From: Gemmata obscuriglobus
GTDB taxonomy: Bacteria; Planctomycetota; Planctomycetia; Gemmatales; Gemmataceae
Assembly (NCBI RefSeq): GCF_008065095.1
Contig: NZ_CP042911.1
Location: 8,340,001 to 8,372,000, forward strand
Reading direction: 5' to 3'
DNA: 32,000 bases
Part shown: positions 16,918 through 25,247 of the stretch, in pieces
Position numbering within the stretch: the stretch's first letter is position 1
Layout of the letters: each line of letters begins with the position of its first letter
Program-made: the position numbers and the translations under genes
The notes under the pieces: generated by a model
Database searches by the model: none
The model's input: only the letters and a program-made list of their open reading frames with translations
Told to the model about the DNA's origin: nothing

Positions 16918-19900
16918 TCACTTTCCGGTGAACCGCGCGGTCCCGCGCTTGAGCCGCTCCAGCACCGCCCGGGCCGGGTCGGTGATCGCCGGCACCGGCT
17001 GCTGGCGGTACTTCAGTTCCCCGTTCTCCCGGGTCAACTTGATGGTGTACAGGTTGCGGCTCAGGAACGCGGTCAGGTCGCCGACCAGCGTGTCCGACAT
17101 CTTGAGCACCTGCGACAGCACCGTGTAGAACTCGAACTTCACGTACTCGCCGCTCGTGTCCAGCTCGCCCGACCCGCCCAGGCAGATCGCCTTGCCGATC
17201 AGGTCGAGCTGCTCCACCTTGATCCGGTCGCCGAGCAGCCGGAACACCACGTGCGCCTGTTCGAACGCGGTCTTGTCCGGGGCCTGGAGCTTCAGCACCT
17301 TCACCAGCTCCAACAGCACCGGCAGGTTGTACATGCGGCCCGTCGGCACGTCGATCTTGCCGGTCCCCTCGACGGTGAGCCGGCCGGTCCTCGGGTCGGG
17401 GCGGTTGAACACCAACAGTTGCGCCTGCGCGACGCCCTTCAGGTCCGAATCGGACCCCGGCTTGTTGAGGTTGTAGTGCCGCGCGAGTTCCTCGAGCTGC
17501 ACGTTGGCGGCGGTGAGCCACACCTCGTACCGGGTGCCCTCGGCGAGTACGACCCAGGCCTGGCCGCCGAGTTCGCCGTGGAACAGGTCCCCGGCGACGT
17601 TGGTGAGCTGGAGCAGGGGCGGCAGGAACCGGCCCGGGCGGGCCGGGTCGGGCTGCTGGGGGTCGGCCCGGAGCTGGCACCGGGCCACCGTGACCGGCAC
17701 CCGCGACACCACCGCGCGGTCGAGCCACACAGTGCCGCGGACGGCGCCGAGGTGCGTGCCCTCGTACCGCCCGCGGCACGAGACGGCCCCGTACGCGTCC
17801 TCCCACGCGATGCCCGTGTCCAGCGCCGCGCCGAACAGTTTCAGCTCCGCGTCCCAGTACACGATGGGGTCCGGCTCCGGGCGGACGGAGGGCGTAAGGC
17901 CCCCGAGTGCGTCCGGCGCGGCGCCGGACGCACCGGCGGTGACGACCGCGCTCGGCTCGCTCCTCGCGCCGGGCGGCGCGCTGATCACCAGGTGCTTCAC
18001 CAGCAGTTCCGCCCCGCCCCGCAGTTGCAACTCGTCCAGGGCGGCCCCGAGCTTGCCGGGCAGCGCCTTCTTGAAGTCGGCGTCCGCGACGCACGGCTTC
18101 ACCTCGATCCCGCCCAGGTTGGCCCACACCGCACCGTCCGAATAGAACCGCACCTCGCCGGCGGCGAGCTTCACCCGGCTGGGCCCGTGCCGCGCGGAGA
18201 GGTGCGCGACATCGAGCCGGTTCTGCTTGTACTCCAGCCAGCCCGAGAACTCGGTCAGCTCGTAGGCGAAGAACCGCGGAGTGACGGTCGGGCCGGAGAA
18301 CCCGAACGTGACCTTGACGTCGGTCGCGGGGTTCAGCGGCGGGTCGAAGTCCGGGCGGTCCGGGGGGGGCGCGCGGTCGATCACCTCCACGTCTGCGGTA
18401 AAGGTGAGGGCCCCCCGGGGCTGGAACTCCGCCCAGAGGTTCTCGGCCTTCACCGCCCCCAGGGCCGTTTTCAGGGCCGCGTTCAGAGGGACCGACGTCC
18501 CGCCCACGTGAACGATCAGCTTGCGGTCCCGGCTGTCGGGGATCGGGCGCTTCGAGCCGTTCATCCACACCGCGGCGCCCGCGTGGACCGCGGTGAACCC
18601 GTCGAAGATGATCTCGTCCCGGTCCGGCAAAGGTTCGCGTTGCCCTCCCGGCCGCACCGGCCGGTCGAGGTCGGTCGAGTTGGTGCGGAGCACCAGCCGC
18701 CCCTTCACCTTCTCCAGCGGGTACGGAAAGGCGGTGTAGTTCAGCTTCCCGTCCTTCACGTCGATGCGGAACTCGTTATCGGTCAGGTTCACCCCCGCTT
18801 GCTGGGTGACCTCGACTACGAAGTCGCCCCGCCCGCTGGCGCGGAACTCGCGCACCAGCTCCGCGGACTTCGCCGGTAGCGCCTTGCACAGGGCTTCATC
18901 GAGCGGGACGTTCGTCCCGGTGACGCGGAGGCTGATCGCCGGGTCCTCGCCCTCGCCGTCCAGCCGCCCCTTGATGGTAATCAGTTGCCCCGCGGCGTCG
19001 CCGAGCAGGTCGATCGTGGTGCTCGCCCCGCCGGCATGAGTTACGGTGTGCTTGACTAGCCCGCGCACGTCCGCAACCGGGTACCGGAACTTCTCGTACG
19101 TCAGCCCGCCGTTGCGGGGCCGGGCCTCCAACTCTCGGCGCCACCCGCCCGCCTCGCGCGTCAGCTTGTACCCGACGTCGATGAGCCCGGTGGGCGCGAA
19201 CATGCGCCGGGCCTTTTTCATCTTGTCCGGCAGCCGGTTGAACAGGGCGTCGTCCAGCGGCACGCCGGTGACCGCCAGATCGAGCCGCTGGAGCCGGTCC
19301 TCGAACCGCTTGAGCGGGTCGTCGCCGGGAACCGCCGGCGGGGCCTCCGGACGCGTCTCGAGTGCCACCCGGAGCTTCGCGTCCCCGAGCGTCGCGGTCG
19401 CCTCATCGACCTTCACCCGGCCGTCGGTGCTGCGCACCGTCGCGGTGATGTTCTCGAGCACCTTCGGCAGGTCAGGGTGCTCGAACTTGGCGTCCTTCAC
19501 GTCGAGCCGCACGTCGTGGCGCCAGTTGGGAGCCCCCTCGGGCGCGTAGGTCACCTCGGCCGTCACGTTCGCCACCGCCGTCAGCTTTGCAAGGTGCGGG
19601 GCCAGTTCCGGGGCGAACCGCCGGGCCGCTGAAACGGCCGTCGGCCCCACCGGAAACTCGGGCAGCTTGAGGGTCAGTGCCAGGTGGCTGTTGATCCGAT
19701 TGAGCCGCCCGCTCACTTTCACCTGGCCGAACGGCTTGGCCGTCCCGCTGCCCTGTACCGTCAGGGTCGGGAGCGGGTCGTTTTGCAGCGTGCCTTGCAC
19801 CCCGGTAAAGGTCGTCGCCGGCAGCCCGTCCGGCGCGTGATCGGTTACGACGACGGTGGCCCCCTTCACCTCGAACGTGGGCACCGGCTTGTCGGCCGGA

Positions 19901-20301
19901 CCGGACCGGACCACCTCCGCAACGTTCCACTTCCCGTCCGCCGCGCGCTCGATGCGGATGGTCGGGTTCTCGAGTTGCACCTTCTTGATGACCAGCCGGC
20001 CGTGGTTGAGTTGCTCCTTATCGTGGAACAGAACCGCACTGGGGACCGCGAGGAACGGCTGGTCCGGCGGGTCCCCGCGGCGCGTCAGGCGGAGGTCGGT
20101 GACCGCGATTCCGCCCAAAATGCGGAGCCGGGCGGACCCGACCTGAACGTCCACGTCATCGAGTTGGTCCGCGAGGGTGGCTATCACCTTCTCGCGCACG
20201 CGGTCCGGACTGATCCACGAGTTCGCGACCCAGCCGAGTGCGACAAGGGCCGCGACTCCGGCAAGGATGAGCCCGCGGATTAGCCAACTGCGAACGCGCA
20301 T
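16918..20301 (-). CDS. Large N-terminally anchored envelope protein, AsmA/TamB/YhdP-like (tentative)
   Basis: A 1127 aa ORF with one N-terminal TM helix (LIRGLILAGVAALVALGWVA). A long beta-rich, low-complexity-free sequence follows. The C-terminal region (LLGDRIKVEQLDLIGKAICLGGSGELD...) is reminiscent of AsmA-like C-termini. The coding call is strong; the family assignment rests on architecture only. Confidence 0.6.
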   Translation of the reverse strand: MRVRSWLIRGLILAGVAALVALGWVANSWISPDRVREKVIATLADQLDDVDVQVGSARLRILGGIAVTDLRLTRRGDPPDQPFLAVPSAVLFHDKEQLNHGRLVIKKVQLENPTIRIERAADGKWNVAEVVRSGPADKPVPTFEVKGATVVVTDHAPDGLPATTFTGVQGTLQNDPLPTLTVQGSGTAKPFGQVKVSGRLNRINSHLALTLKLPEFPVGPTAVSAARRFAPELAPHLAKLTAVANVTAEVTYAPEGAPNWRHDVRLDVKDAKFEHPDLPKVLENITATVRSTDGRVKVDEATATLGDAKLRVALETRPEAPPAVPGDDPLKRFEDRLQRLDLAVTGVPLDDALFNRLPDKMKKARRMFAPTGLIDVGYKLTREAGGWRRELEARPRNGGLTYEKFRYPVADVRGLVKHTVTHAGGASTTIDLLGDAAGQLITIKGRLDGEGEDPAISLRVTGTNVPLDEALCKALPAKSAELVREFRASGRGDFVVEVTQQAGVNLTDNEFRIDVKDGKLNYTAFPYPLEKVKGRLVLRTNSTDLDRPVRPGGQREPLPDRDEIIFDGFTAVHAGAAVWMNGSKRPIPDSRDRKLIVHVGGTSVPLNAALKTALGAVKAENLWAEFQPRGALTFTADVEVIDRAPPPDRPDFDPPLNPATDVKVTFGFSGPTVTPRFFAYELTEFSGWLEYKQNRLDVAHLSARHGPSRVKLAAGEVRFYSDGAVWANLGGIEVKPCVADADFKKALPGKLGAALDELQLRGGAELLVKHLVISAPPGARSEPSAVVTAGASGAAPDALGGLTPSVRPEPDPIVYWDAELKLFGAALDTGIAWEDAYGAVSCRGRYEGTHLGAVRGTVWLDRAVVSRVPVTVARCQLRADPQQPDPARPGRFLPPLLQLTNVAGDLFHGELGGQAWVVLAEGTRYEVWLTAANVQLEELARHYNLNKPGSDSDLKGVAQAQLLVFNRPDPRTGRLTVEGTGKIDVPTGRMYNLPVLLELVKVLKLQAPDKTAFEQAHVVFRLLGDRIKVEQLDLIGKAICLGGSGELDTSGEYVKFEFYTVLSQVLKMSDTLVGDLTAFLSRNLYTIKLTRENGELKYRQQPVPAITDPARAVLERLKRGTARFTGK

Positions 20302-20401
20302 CCGTGCCCGCCCCGGTGTTCTTCACGGTGCGCCGCCGGAGAGCCGGGGCGCGAAGCGGCAGGACAATACGCCGAGCCCGCGGTCCGGTCAATTGCGAGT
20401 G

Positions 20402-20411
20402 TCCGGCGCCC
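20402..20411. repeat. Target-site duplication, left copy (TCCGGCGCCC)
   Basis: Identical 10 bp sequence directly abutting both IS ends. Confidence 0.85.
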
Positions 20412-20436
20412 CAGGGCCGTTCCTTATTTCATGTTG
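20412..20436. repeat. IS left terminal inverted repeat
   Basis: See mobile element; 22/25 match to the right end. Confidence 0.8.
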
Positions 20437-20494
20437 TGGATTTGGGTGCGGTTGGTTAATCGGGGGACATTGCCTGTTGGTCCCGGAGGCGCGT

Positions 20495-21651
20495 ATGCCC
20501 CCTTGCACGCTGTACGACGCGTTGGCCACACTTCCCGACCCACGCAGCCGCCACGGCCGGGTCCATCCGTTGCCCGCGGTTATGGGGCTCGTCGCATTGG
20601 CCCTGCTCATGGGACGCAAGAGCCTGACCGGGATCGCACGCTTCGGGCGACAGCACGGGACCCCGCTGGCCCACGCCCTCGGCTTCCGGCGGGGCAAAAC
20701 GCCCGCCAAATCCACCCTCTCACGCACGCTCCGCCGGTTCGATCCGGAACAACTCGAAGCCGCCCTCACGCGTTGGGTCGAGGGCCGCATCGCGTCCACA
20801 CCGTTCGAGCACATCGCCATTGATGGCAAGGCCCTGCGTGGCAGCCGCGACGGCGAGGTGCCCGGACAGCACCTGGTGGCCGCGTACGCGCCGGCCGTCG
20901 CGGCCGTACTGGCCCAGGTGCGGGTCGATTCCAAGACCAACGAACACAAGGCCGCGTTGGAACTGTTGGGCCTCGTACCCGTGGCGGGCAAAGTGGTGAC
21001 CGGGGACGCGATGTTCTGTCAACGGGACCTGGCCAAACAGGTGATCGAGGCCGGGGGCGATTACGTCCTCGTGGCCAAGGACAACCAACCCGCCCTGGTC
21101 ACCGACATCAAGGGTGGGTTCGCGTTCGCAACCGCCGCCCGATCCATCGCGGCGGCCACTTCCCCCTGGGCGCATCGCCCCGCCGGTCCCACCCGACCGG
21201 ATCGCGACGTCGTGTGACAAGGGGCACGGGCGGATCGAGAAGCGAACCCTGCACGTGACGCGGATCCGGACCGCGGGGCAAGATTGGAAGGGCCTCAAGC
21301 AAGGGTTCCAGATCACACGCGAGCGGACCGTGAACGGCGTGACGACGGTCGAAGTGGTACACGGGATCACCAGCCTCTCGGCGGACCGGGCGAACGCGGG
21401 GGCACTTCTGAGCCTACTCCGGGACCACTGGCGTATCGAGAACCAGTTGCATTACGTCCCGGACGTGACCCTGGGCGAGGGCGTGCCGGGTCCGCAAGGG
21501 CGCCGCTCCGCACGTTCTCGCCGCCCTGCGCAATGCCGTGGTTCACCTGCTGGCAACGGTCGGTGCCAAGAGCCGACCCGAAGCCATCGAACGGTTACAG
21601 ATGCACCCCGAACAAGCGAAGGCGCTTATCGGGATCCCCCAACTTGAATAA
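20495..21651 (+). pseudogene. ISAs1-family DDE transposase, disrupted by two frameshifts
   Basis: The N-terminal part is in frame 2 from ATG 20495 (GGAGGC upstream): MPPCTLYDALATLPDPRSRHGRVHPL...DGKALRGS...VTGDAMFCQRDLAKQVIEAGGDYVLVAKDNQP. The middle part is in frame 3: DKGHGRIEKRTL...HWRIENQLHYVPDVTLGE. The C-terminal part is in frame 1 by hand translation (not in the track): ACRVRKGAAPHVLAALRNAVVHLLATVGAKSRPEAIERLQMHPEQAKALIGIPQLE, ending at TAA 21649-21651 inside the right IR. The length of 1157 nt is not a multiple of 3. Confidence 0.85.
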
Positions 21652-21664
21652 AGGAACGGCCCTG
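21640..21664. repeat. IS right terminal inverted repeat
   Basis: See mobile element. Confidence 0.8.
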
Positions 21665-21674
21665 TCCGGCGCCC
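21665..21674. repeat. Target-site duplication, right copy (TCCGGCGCCC)
   Basis: Identical to 20402-20411. Confidence 0.85.
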
Positions 21675-21981
21675 AAGAACCGTTTCGTGTGTTGATCCTG
21701 GTAACCGGGCGAAGTTAGGGCGTTGGCCTCCGTCATCGAACCCATCGTTACCGCGACCGCTCGGTTCTGCTCGTTACGCGATACCACTTCTGCGATCCAG
21801 ATGGCAGGATCGAGTTCAGCGAAAGCCAGCTTCGGCGGCTGGCCCACGAGGTCGGTCACACGCCAACGGAATGTGATTGCGCACCGCGGTCTGCAACTCC
21901 CGGCGCGCGTCGCGGTGTTCACTGTGGATTCGTTGGGGGGGGATTCAACACACGGGTGAAGGACAGGCGGAACCATTGGAC

Positions 21982-22022
21982 CCGCACGCACGGAGCCGAA
22001 TCGATTCGCCGACTGCGTGCGG
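21982..22022 (-). terminator. Putative terminator hairpin downstream of the TPR gene
   Basis: CCGCACGCA...TGCGTGCGG is a 9 bp perfect outer stem enclosing the self-complementary CGAATCGATTCG. It lies about 130 nt 3' of the 22150 stop. Confidence 0.35.
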
Positions 22023-22149
22023 CGGCACTGAGCGGGGGCGACGGAGCCGCGTCTTCACCAGCCGGCCCGACAATCGCATGCGCAAGAAGCTACGGGCCGG
22101 AGAAGGACCGGTTGCGCGAAACGCGGCACGACCGCCCGCGCCCGTTCGC

Positions 22150-23397
22150 CTACGCGCCGCCGGCGGCGCGGGCCGGCTTCCCGGCCTCGTACAGCGCCAG
22201 CCGGGACCGGTAGTCGGCCCGGCGCTCCGGCTCCGCGACCAGGTCCATTGCCTTCTCCTGCCACCGCACGGCGTCGTCGAACTCGCCGCACTCGGCGCAC
22301 GCAGCGGCGAGCGTGTCGATGAAGCTCGGCTCGCCCCACTCGGTCAGTTCGCACGCCCGGGTCGCACAGTCCCGGGCGCGGTCGCCGTTGCGCACCTCCG
22401 GGTCCGGGCAGGTGGACCAGATCCACGCCAACTGGTTGAACGTGGACGCCGAGCGCGGGTCACGCTTCAGCGCGTCGGTGTGGTCCCGGATCGCCGCGGC
22501 GTACCGGCCCTGCGCGTAGTGGACGCCGGCGCGCTCGTTGTACGGCACCGCGGCCCCCGGCGCGAGCTTGATGGCCTCATTGAAGTCGGCCAGCGCGCCG
22601 GTCAGGTCGCCCTGCGCCTTGCGGCAGTTCCCGCGGATCTCGTAGGCCCGCACCACGCCCGGCAGTTGCCGGATCACCTCGTCCGCGTCGGCCGCGGCGC
22701 CGACGTAGTCGCGGAGCAGCAGCCGGCACACCGCCCGCCCCAGGTGTACGAGCGGGTCGTTCGGCTTCACCTCCAGAGTCGCGGTGTAGTCCGCGACCGC
22801 CGCCGCGTAGTCGCCGGCGAACTGCCGCACGGTGGCCCGCAGCGCAAGCGCGCCCGCGTGCCGCGGGTCCGCGGCGATGACCGTGGTGGCGTCATCGAGC
22901 GCGGCCGTATAGTTTTCGAGATCGAGGTGGAGCTGCGCGCGCCACAGCCGGTAGCGGTAGGCGTTATTCGGGTCGGCGTCGATGGCCGCGGCGAAGTCGC
23001 GGAACGCGGCCTCGCTGTCGCCCCGGTCGGCGTGGCACCGGCCCCGGAGCGCCACCAATGCGACCCGCTTCGGGTCCAGTTTCAGCGCCCGATCACAGTC
23101 CGTAATGGCTTGGTCGTACTGCACCTGCGCGAACAGCTCTTCGGCGCGGTCGGCGTACGTCTGGGCGTCATCGGGCTTGAGCCGGATGGCTTGATCGAGG
23201 TCGTTGAGCGCCCGGACCCGATCGCCCAGTTCGATGTACGCATGTGCGCGAAACCGGTACCCGGCGAAGTCCCCCGGGCGCAACCGGATCGCGCGGGAGT
23301 AGCACTCCACGGCCTCCTGGTAGTCGCCGGCGGTGAGCGCGTTGTGGCCGCGGGTGTACAGGTCGGTGGCGTCGTCGGTGGCGCGGTCGCGTGGCAT
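22150..23397 (-). CDS. Tetratricopeptide (TPR) repeat protein
   Basis: 415 aa made of about 11 consecutive 34-residue repeats with the TPR pattern, for example YQEAVECYSRAIRLRPGDFAGY, RVRALNDLDQAIRLKPDD, YDQAITDCDRALKLDPK, YAAAIRDHTDALKRDPR. Confidence 0.9.
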   Translation of the reverse strand: MPRDRATDDATDLYTRGHNALTAGDYQEAVECYSRAIRLRPGDFAGYRFRAHAYIELGDRVRALNDLDQAIRLKPDDAQTYADRAEELFAQVQYDQAITDCDRALKLDPKRVALVALRGRCHADRGDSEAAFRDFAAAIDADPNNAYRYRLWRAQLHLDLENYTAALDDATTVIAADPRHAGALALRATVRQFAGDYAAAVADYTATLEVKPNDPLVHLGRAVCRLLLRDYVGAAADADEVIRQLPGVVRAYEIRGNCRKAQGDLTGALADFNEAIKLAPGAAVPYNERAGVHYAQGRYAAAIRDHTDALKRDPRSASTFNQLAWIWSTCPDPEVRNGDRARDCATRACELTEWGEPSFIDTLAAACAECGEFDDAVRWQEKAMDLVAEPERRADYRSRLALYEAGKPARAAGGA

Positions 23398-23515
23398 GTG
23401 CGGGTTTCGTTCCGTCGTTAGGCGGCGGGGGAGCGAATGGGCACCTGAAAAGGACCCGCGGCGCGGGCGCCCGGTTCAGGTATCTTATCTCACATCCGCC
23501 CTGAGTGAAACCGAG

Positions 23516-24412
23516 ATGCGCGCCTTCGATCTATCGGAACCGGACTTCCGGCCGCTGGCGCTCGCGTTCTCCGCGGACGGGCGGGCGCTCGCCGCGTGGG
23601 GTTCCGGCCGGGTGTGCGTTCTGGACGCCCTTTCAGGCGCCGTGCTGGGGTGGTTCGGTACACCCGATCCGATGCCGCACGAGGCGCCCGGGGTCGGGTT
23701 CACCGCCGACGGGCGCGCGGTTGTCGCGTTCCGCCACGGGTTGCGGCCGCCGGTGCAGGTGTACCCGCTCGATCCCGACGCGCCCGTGCGCGCGTGTCCG
23801 AAGGATCACGGGTTCGCGTTCGAGGTCGGGCGCACCGGGCAGTTCGTGTACCTCACACACGACAGCGCCGGTCAATTCCGAATCGTGCGCTGGAACCCGC
23901 TCTCCGGCAAGACGACACCCGGAGCGTGGGGGCGGGGCGACCTCCGGGTGCTGGCGGTTTCGGCCGACGAGCAGTGGGTCGCGGGCGCGCGCGGGAGCAA
24001 CGTTCGCGTGTGGGGCTTTGGCGGCCCGGAGCCGGCCGCCCGGGCGGCCCGGCAGTTCAAGACCGCGAACGGCGCGGCGGTCCGCGCGCTCGCGCTCGCG
24101 TCTGACGGGACGTTCGCGGCGTTCCGCGGCCCCGCGGTCTGGTTCGGGGCGGTGGGCGATGGCAAGGTGTGGACGATCGCCGAAGCCGCCGACCGGCCGG
24201 GCCGAGACCTCGCGTTCCACCCGAGCCGGCCGGTACTGGCGTACACGGCCGGACAGCCGGAGGTGGTCTTTTACGAGGTGCCCACGCGCACCGAACTGAA
24301 GCGGTTCGCGTGGGGCGTCGGGCAGTTGAGAGCGGTCTGCTTTAGCGCCGACGGTCTGCGGTGCGCCGCCGCGGCCCGTGGTAAGATCGTGGTGTGGGAC
24401 GTTGACCTGTGA
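23516..24412 (+). CDS. WD40-like beta-propeller repeat protein (degenerate repeats)
   Basis: This is the 3' part of track ORF 23333..24412, starting at ATG 23516. Blade-like units recur: LAFSADGRALAAWG, VGFTADGRAVVAF, LAVSADEQWVAGARGSNVRVW, LALASDGTFAAF, LAFHPSRPVLAY, VCFSADGLRCAAAARGKIVVWDV. Confidence 0.7.
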   Translation: MRAFDLSEPDFRPLALAFSADGRALAAWGSGRVCVLDALSGAVLGWFGTPDPMPHEAPGVGFTADGRAVVAFRHGLRPPVQVYPLDPDAPVRACPKDHGFAFEVGRTGQFVYLTHDSAGQFRIVRWNPLSGKTTPGAWGRGDLRVLAVSADEQWVAGARGSNVRVWGFGGPEPAARAARQFKTANGAAVRALALASDGTFAAFRGPAVWFGAVGDGKVWTIAEAADRPGRDLAFHPSRPVLAYTAGQPEVVFYEVPTRTELKRFAWGVGQLRAVCFSADGLRCAAAARGKIVVWDVDL

Positions 24413-24427
24413 GCCGCATCTTGATGC

Positions 24428-24511
24428 CAGTCGTTCCAAGTTCCAGGTGAAGCCAAAAGCACACGAATGGCCCAAGGGCTTTTGCTGAGCGGGTTCCCAA
24501 CTTGGAACTGG
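24428..24511. terminator. Extended imperfect palindrome between convergent genes (bidirectional terminator candidate, REP-like)
   Basis: The outer arms CCAGT(CG)TTCCAAGTT / AACTTGGAACTGG pair with a 2 nt bulge. The inner arms AGC(C)AAAAGC / GCTTTTGCT also pair. The element sits between stop 24412 (+) and stop 24534 (-). Confidence 0.5.
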
Positions 24512-24533
24512 ACCTTGAAACCACTGGGTGCGG

Positions 24534-24968
24534 TCACTTCTTCACCTTCTCCAGCACCAGGAGCGCGGCGTTCTTCCCGTCGAACTCCTTCGGGCGCGTC
24601 GCGTCCTTGCCCGTGGCGAAGCACATCGTCAGCTTGCCGTCCTTGTCGAACTTGTAGATCCCGAGTGCCTTATCGTCCGGCTGGACGAGGTCGATCGTGA
24701 ACGGCTCCTTCTCGTTGCTCACCGCGAACGTGCCGACATCGGGCTTGCTCTTCTCGTCCTCGATCACCGTCACCTTCGTGCCCTCGAAGATGAACCGGCC
24801 GGCCGCGAAATCCTTCTCCAGGACCGCCTCCCCTTTGACCTCGGCCTTGACCACCTTCCAGGTGCCCTGAAACGGAACCAGCTCCTTCGGCATGTCTTTT
24901 TTGTCTTCCGCCCAAGCGTGAGACACGAGCGCGAGCACCAGCGAACCGAGCAGTGCGAACCGAACCAT
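24534..24968 (-). CDS. TIGR03067-domain (planctomycete lipocalin-like) protein, secreted
   Basis: Track ORF 24534..24995; the start is probably ATG 24968 (MVRFALLGSLVLALVSHAWA signal peptide). FQGTWKVVKAEVKGE...GTFAVSNEKEPFTIDL...LGIYKFDKDGKLTMCFA...RPKEFDGKNAALLVLEKVKK matches the TIGR03067 pattern as I recall it. Confidence 0.85.
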   Translation of the reverse strand: MVRFALLGSLVLALVSHAWAEDKKDMPKELVPFQGTWKVVKAEVKGEAVLEKDFAAGRFIFEGTKVTVIEDEKSKPDVGTFAVSNEKEPFTIDLVQPDDKALGIYKFDKDGKLTMCFATGKDATRPKEFDGKNAALLVLEKVKK

Positions 24969-25247
24969 GCCAAGCCTCGCGTTTAAGGGGTACACAGTAC
25001 GCGGTCAGTTTACGCCTTCACGGCCCCGGCGCCTCTGCGATCTGCCGTTGATCGACGGGCCGGTAACCGGGGTCTGTGCGCCACACACGCGGGGCCGATC
25101 TGGTGGCAACGCGGCGGGACGCGTGCCACCACGCGGTGAGCGCTGGGGTGGACCCGCCGCCACTAATTGAAATCAGTTCTTCTCTTCGGTTCTCTTTTGT
25201 GCCCTTTGTGCTTTTTTGTGGCCAAACTGTCTCTGCGTTTTTAAATG

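Larger units (their letters stand above)
20412..21664 (+). mobile_element. ISAs1-family insertion sequence (1253 bp) with decayed transposase
   Basis: Terminal inverted repeats are CAGGGCCGTTCCTTATTTCATGTTG (20412-20436) and the reverse complement of 21640-21664, CAGGGCCGTTCCTTTATTCAAGTTG. They match at 22 of 25 positions, with the first 14 identical. The element is flanked by a 10 bp direct repeat. The internal transposase has ISAs1/H-repeat hallmarks. Confidence 0.85.

Noticed and set aside
18362-18369. G8 (C8 on the coding strand) homopolymer inside the AsmA-like CDS as a phase-variation switch.
   Set aside because: It encodes an in-frame PPP within a Pro-rich linker (DRAPPPDRPD). Such runs are expected at this GC content, and there is no evidence of frame disruption. 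It is worth a look only as a sequencing-error hotspot.
21114-21484. Possibility that the transposase frame changes are programmed ribosomal frameshifts.
   Set aside because: Both shifts are in the +1 direction. I see no A-AAA-AAG-type slippery heptamer. ISAs1-family transposases are normally single ORFs. The second site looks like a simple 2 nt deletion within a conserved motif. Decay or sequencing error is more likely.
21626-21991. 121 aa minus-strand ORF spanning the IS right end.
   Set aside because: Its last codons lie inside the IS inverted repeat, so the present reading frame is an insertion artefact. Its codon bias is atypical. It is kept only as a possible gene remnant (see finding).
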